Origin: Candidatus Poribacteria bacterium
GTDB taxonomy: Bacteria; Poribacteria; WGA-4E; WGA-3G
Assembly: GCA_965205015.1 (NCBI GenBank)
Contig: OZ242029.1
Span: 3,584,001-3,648,000 of the forward strand
Direction: 5' to 3'
DNA length: 64,000 nt
Part shown: piece by piece, positions 60,098-64,000 of the stretch
Position numbering within the stretch: position 1 is the stretch's first letter
How the letters are laid out: the number at the start of each line of letters is the position of its first letter
The notes under the pieces: generated by a model
Seen by the model: the letters and a program-made list of their open reading frames with translations, nothing else
The model's database searches: none
What the model was told of the DNA's origin: nothing
Program-made: the position numbers and the translations under genes

Positions 60098-61063
60098 ATG
60101 GATAAAGTGAAACTCGGTTTCATCGGAACCGGTGGTATGGCTGGCGCGCACATGAGCAACCTTAAAGACAACTTTGAGGACGTTGAATTCTGTGCGATGT
60201 GCGACATCTCGGAAGACCGAGCAAAACAGCGTGCCGAGGAATTTGGCGGCAACGCTTACACCGACTATCGTGTCATGTATGACAAAGAGGATTTGGATGC
60301 CGTCTATATCTGCACACCGCCTTTCGCACACGGTGAACAGGAACGCATCGCCTGTGAAAAAGGCATCGCGATGTTTATTGAGAAGCCGATCCATTCCGAG
60401 TTAGAACCGGCGATCATCATCAATGAATACGTTGAACAGAGCGGTGTCGTCACGAGTGTTGGTTACCACTGGCGTTACGGTGGCAACGCGCAGAACGCGA
60501 AAGCCATGCTTGAAGCGCAACCGCAAATTCTCGGGGCACTCGGATATTGGATGGGTGGAATGCCCGGTACCCCGTGGTGGCGCGTGCGTGCCGAATCCGG
60601 TGGACAACACGTCGAACAGACAACACATATCTTTGATCTCGCTCGTTTCCTCGTCGGTAGCGATGGGAAGACTGTACACGGTGTCGCCGCAAGCGGTAGC
60701 ATGACGCATATAGAGAATTACGATATCGATGACATCAGCATGGTGAACATCGAATTCAAAAACGGTGCTGTTGCGAACATCGTCTCGGCGTGTGCGATGG
60801 AAGGTTTCGGGCGCGTGCATCTTGAAGTCTTCACACGCGGTCTTGTTGTGACCGTTGGGGGTCCGAACGAAGTAAACCGCGGGGGCGAGACAGAACCGCT
60901 CGCAAACGAAGGCGGACAGGACCGGGATCGTGTCTTTATCGATGCCGTAAAGAGCGGTGACACCTCCGAAATTCTATCACCTTACAGTGACGCATTAGAG
61001 ACGCTCCGCATTATGCTCGCGGCGAGTACCTCCTTCCGAACTGGCAAGGCGGTAGACCTGTAG
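60098..61063 (+). CDS. Gfo/Idh/MocA oxidoreductase
   Basis: IGTGG, 'CTPPFAH', EKP, 'SGGQ..EQ.TH'. Confidence 0.9.
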   Translation: MDKVKLGFIGTGGMAGAHMSNLKDNFEDVEFCAMCDISEDRAKQRAEEFGGNAYTDYRVMYDKEDLDAVYICTPPFAHGEQERIACEKGIAMFIEKPIHSELEPAIIINEYVEQSGVVTSVGYHWRYGGNAQNAKAMLEAQPQILGALGYWMGGMPGTPWWRVRAESGGQHVEQTTHIFDLARFLVGSDGKTVHGVAASGSMTHIENYDIDDISMVNIEFKNGAVANIVSACAMEGFGRVHLEVFTRGLVVTVGGPNEVNRGGETEPLANEGGQDRDRVFIDAVKSGDTSEILSPYSDALETLRIMLAASTSFRTGKAVDL

Positions 61064-61115
61064 AAAATAACGGGGACGAGGAAACCTCGCCTCTACGAGA
61101 AAGAAAGAGAGAATT

Positions 61116-61871
61116 ATGCCAATTAATCAATCCATCTGTTTCGGCGGTTTCAGCCGTGACAGAGATCCAATAGAAGTCATCAAGAAAGCCGCTGAAATCG
61201 GTTATAAATCCGTTGAAATGCTACCCGCAGAATATTGGTCGGTCGTCCAGGACCACGGGATGCGCGTTGCGATTATCGTCGGACACGCCTCACTTCCCTC
61301 TGGATTGAACGATCCGAGCAACCATGACCGGATTGAAGATGAGATCCTTGAGAACATCGACATTGCGGCGGCAAACGACATTCCCGGACTCATCTGTTTT
61401 TCGGGAAACCGAGAAGGCAGATCGGACGAAGAGGGACGCGATAACACAATCGCAGGCTTGTCCCGTGTTACGAAAGCCGCTGAAGAGAAGGGGATCAATC
61501 TCTGCGTCGAACTGCTCAACAGTAAAGTCAACCACCCGGATTATCAGTGCGATAAGACGGAGTGGGGGGTCGAGGTCTGCAAAGGTGTCGGTTCACCCCG
61601 AGCGCAGCTGCTCTATGACATCTACCACATGCAGATCATGGAAGGCGATCTGATCCGCAACATCACGGATTACAGTGACTATATCGGGCATTACCATACC
61701 GCGGGGAACCCCGGGCGGCACGACCTCGATGACGAGCAGGAGATTTACTATCCTGCCGTGATGCGCGCCATTGTCAACACTGGATACGAACTCTATGTCG
61801 GACATGAATTCGGTCCTAAAGGCGATGCCTTCGATGCGATGCAACACGCCTTTGATGTGTGTAACGTCTAA
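61116..61871 (+). CDS. Hydroxypyruvate isomerase family TIM barrel
   Basis: 'ELLNSKVNHPDY', 'LYDIYHMQIMEGD', 'HTAGNPGR'. Confidence 0.88.
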   Translation: MPINQSICFGGFSRDRDPIEVIKKAAEIGYKSVEMLPAEYWSVVQDHGMRVAIIVGHASLPSGLNDPSNHDRIEDEILENIDIAAANDIPGLICFSGNREGRSDEEGRDNTIAGLSRVTKAAEEKGINLCVELLNSKVNHPDYQCDKTEWGVEVCKGVGSPRAQLLYDIYHMQIMEGDLIRNITDYSDYIGHYHTAGNPGRHDLDDEQEIYYPAVMRAIVNTGYELYVGHEFGPKGDAFDAMQHAFDVCNV

Positions 61872-62083
61872 GCGTGATAGACATTCGGGGTTACGAACCC
61901 CTCCCACAAGATGTGGACATAGGGTAGGTCTTTGTGCCTGCCCTATTTTTTTGTTAACAAAACGCGGATTCAATGTTATAATTTAAGTGTAGTTGTTATG
62001 CGCGGATGTCTCGGATGTGAAACCACAGCAATTGAAATGGAACAACCACCTAAGACCGATAGCGGTTAAAGGAGGAATTCAAA

Positions 62084-62887
62084 ATGCGGAACGGAATTAA
62101 GGGGTTACTTTTCGCCTTTATTGTTTTTGTTGCGTTGTGTTCTATCGCTGGTGCGAATCTTCAAGACGGGTTACTCGGATATTGGGCACTTGATGAGGCA
62201 GATGGGAAAACTGCCGCCGATTCGAGTGGAAACGGGAACGATGCAACACTTCAAGGGAACGGGGTCAAATGGCAACCGAACGGTGGAAGACTTGGGGGTG
62301 CCTTGGCATTTGATGGCAGTGGTGATGCTGCAGAAGACGATAACGGCGCAGACTATATCAATGGGCTTACGGCTATTACTGTTGCGGTTTGGGTGAAGTC
62401 GGCTGAAACCAACTCCGACCGAGGCTTTATTGATGGACGCGATCCGGGTGGCGACGATACCGTCCTGTCGTTGCGATATGATGCCGCAGGTTTTGAAGCT
62501 GGCGGGAGCGACCTGGTCAAAGCCGGCATTACCACAACAGGCGGAGTCCAACGGCTCGAGACCTCAAGTGACGTGCAGACGAAGTCCTGGCAACATTTTG
62601 CCTTGACATGGAGCAGTGGCAATGAACTGGCACTCTACATCGACGGTGAACTTGATACACCGACCTTTAACAGTCCGGCGACGAAAGGAAAATTGACGGA
62701 TGCCACCAAATTGGTCATAGGGAAGGGTGAGAAGGACCAAGGGCGTTCATGGAATGGACTTATCGACGATGTACGCATCTACGACAGAGTCTTGGATGAT
62801 GCAGAGATTGCCGACCTTGCGGCGGGTGAGCTCGCGGTTGAAGCGAGTGGAAAGTTAGCAACCGTTTGGGCACAGCTCAAGCAATAA
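62084..62887 (+). CDS. Secreted LamG domain protein
   Basis: 'DSSGNGND', 'WQHFALTW', 'LYIDG', 'GLIDDVRIYDRVL'; tail AVEASGKLATVWAQLK. Confidence 0.9.
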   Translation: MRNGIKGLLFAFIVFVALCSIAGANLQDGLLGYWALDEADGKTAADSSGNGNDATLQGNGVKWQPNGGRLGGALAFDGSGDAAEDDNGADYINGLTAITVAVWVKSAETNSDRGFIDGRDPGGDDTVLSLRYDAAGFEAGGSDLVKAGITTTGGVQRLETSSDVQTKSWQHFALTWSSGNELALYIDGELDTPTFNSPATKGKLTDATKLVIGKGEKDQGRSWNGLIDDVRIYDRVLDDAEIADLAAGELAVEASGKLATVWAQLKQ

Positions 62888-63082
62888 CATGCCAATTACA
62901 CGATTTTGATAGTGAAACCCAATATTCCAGTAAACGTGCCTCTTTGCGATGGAGTGTTGGGTTTCACTCACGTCTCAGAGCGATCAAGCAGACTGGAATC
63001 TGAAGGTTTCTGTGCTAAATACGTCTGATTTTTCATGTCTCGTTCAACCTAACCTACGAATCTTTATTTTTTATCAACGAAA

Positions 63083-64000
63083 ATGACACCTGAACAGAGA
63101 GCAAGACGCACCATAGACAAAATGCTTGAAGCAGCAGGATGGTACATCCAAAATTATGCTGAACGTGATACAGCTGCTGCGTTGGGTGTGGCTGTGCGTG
63201 AGTATCGGTTGAGAGCGGATCAGAGGGCGGATTATCTCCTCTTTATCGGTGGCGTTGCAATCGGGGTTATTGAAGCCAAACCAGAAGGCACAACTCTCAG
63301 CGGAGCCCTTCAACAAGCAGAACGGTATCGTGCGAATTTGCCAGATGACTTACCGAATCGCACCAGATTTTTCTTTTCCTACGCCTCAACAGGAGCTGAG
63401 ACATACTTTCGAGATATTCGGGATCCTGATTCTCGTTCTCGACAAGTATTTACATTTCATACGCCTGAAGCACTTGCCAACGCCTTTCACCAACCCAGTA
63501 CCTTGCGTGAGAGACTTAAAACGGATATACCGCGATTAGAGAAAGGCACTCTGAGAGACTGCCAATTTAAGGCAATAAACGGCCTTGAAGATTCTTTGAA
63601 GGAAGCGCGCCCGCGCGCGTTAATCCAAATGGCGACTGGCAGTGGAAAAACGCACGCTGCTGTAACCAGCACATATCGACTCATCAAATTTGCTAAGGTC
63701 AAACGGATCCTTTTTCTCGTAGACCGGCGGAACCTCGGTAGGCAGGCTTTTCGCGAGTTTCAGGGTTACACACCTCTCGATGACAATTCAAGATTCACGG
63801 AACTCTACAACGTTCAACACCTCGCCAGCAACACAATTGATCCGGTAAGTCAGGTCTGTATCACGACACTCCAACGTCTCTATTCTATGCTGAAGGGTGA
63901 AACCGACTATGAAATGGAAGCAGAAGAGTCTTCCGCTTTTGAAAATGAGGGGGAACAGATACCAGAAGTCGTCTATAATCCATCAATCCCTATTGATACT
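63083..64000 (+). CDS. hsdR: Type I restriction endonuclease subunit R (partial, runs off the window)
   Basis: Hand translation: MTPEQRARRTIDKMLEAAGW..ADYLLF..VIEAK..LRDCQ..MATGSGKT..ILFLVDR. Confidence 0.9.
   Translation, partial: MTPEQRARRTIDKMLEAAGWYIQNYAERDTAAALGVAVREYRLRADQRADYLLFIGGVAIGVIEAKPEGTTLSGALQQAERYRANLPDDLPNRTRFFFSYASTGAETYFRDIRDPDSRSRQVFTFHTPEALANAFHQPSTLRERLKTDIPRLEKGTLRDCQFKAINGLEDSLKEARPRALIQMATGSGKTHAAVTSTYRLIKFAKVKRILFLVDRRNLGRQAFREFQGYTPLDDNSRFTELYNVQHLASNTIDPVSQVCITTLQRLYSMLKGETDYEMEAEESSAFENEGEQIPEVVYNPSIPIDT

Overview
Bacterial chromosomal window. Its features point to Candidatus Poribacteria (inference): many PhyH-type dioxygenases, LamG proteins, secreted proteins ending in a shared 'V(E/D)PxGKLxxxWxxIK' tail, and dense REP/MITE repeats. 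No rRNA, tRNA or CRISPR array was seen. The main structure is a ~27.6 kb block, entirely on the minus strand (9243-36833). It holds two ECF sigma factors, each fused through a TM helix to a large beta-propeller and each preceded by the same 51-bp ECF-type promoter. It also holds two DUF4252-like/POTRA/Omp85 proteins, two DUF4159 proteins, two Pro-rich PA14 proteins, six ABC components (including three mosaic permease paralogues) and a pilin-like secreted protein. Elsewhere are an MNT-HEPN fusion, a PhyH with HxH in place of HxD, an orphan type III mod gene bracketed by inverted 125-bp MITEs, comEC, argB, batC/batD-like genes, three promoter-gene-terminator paralogues, an orphan glmL-like gene, and partial ftsH-like and hsdR genes at the edges. 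All calls are by motif recognition; no searches were run.
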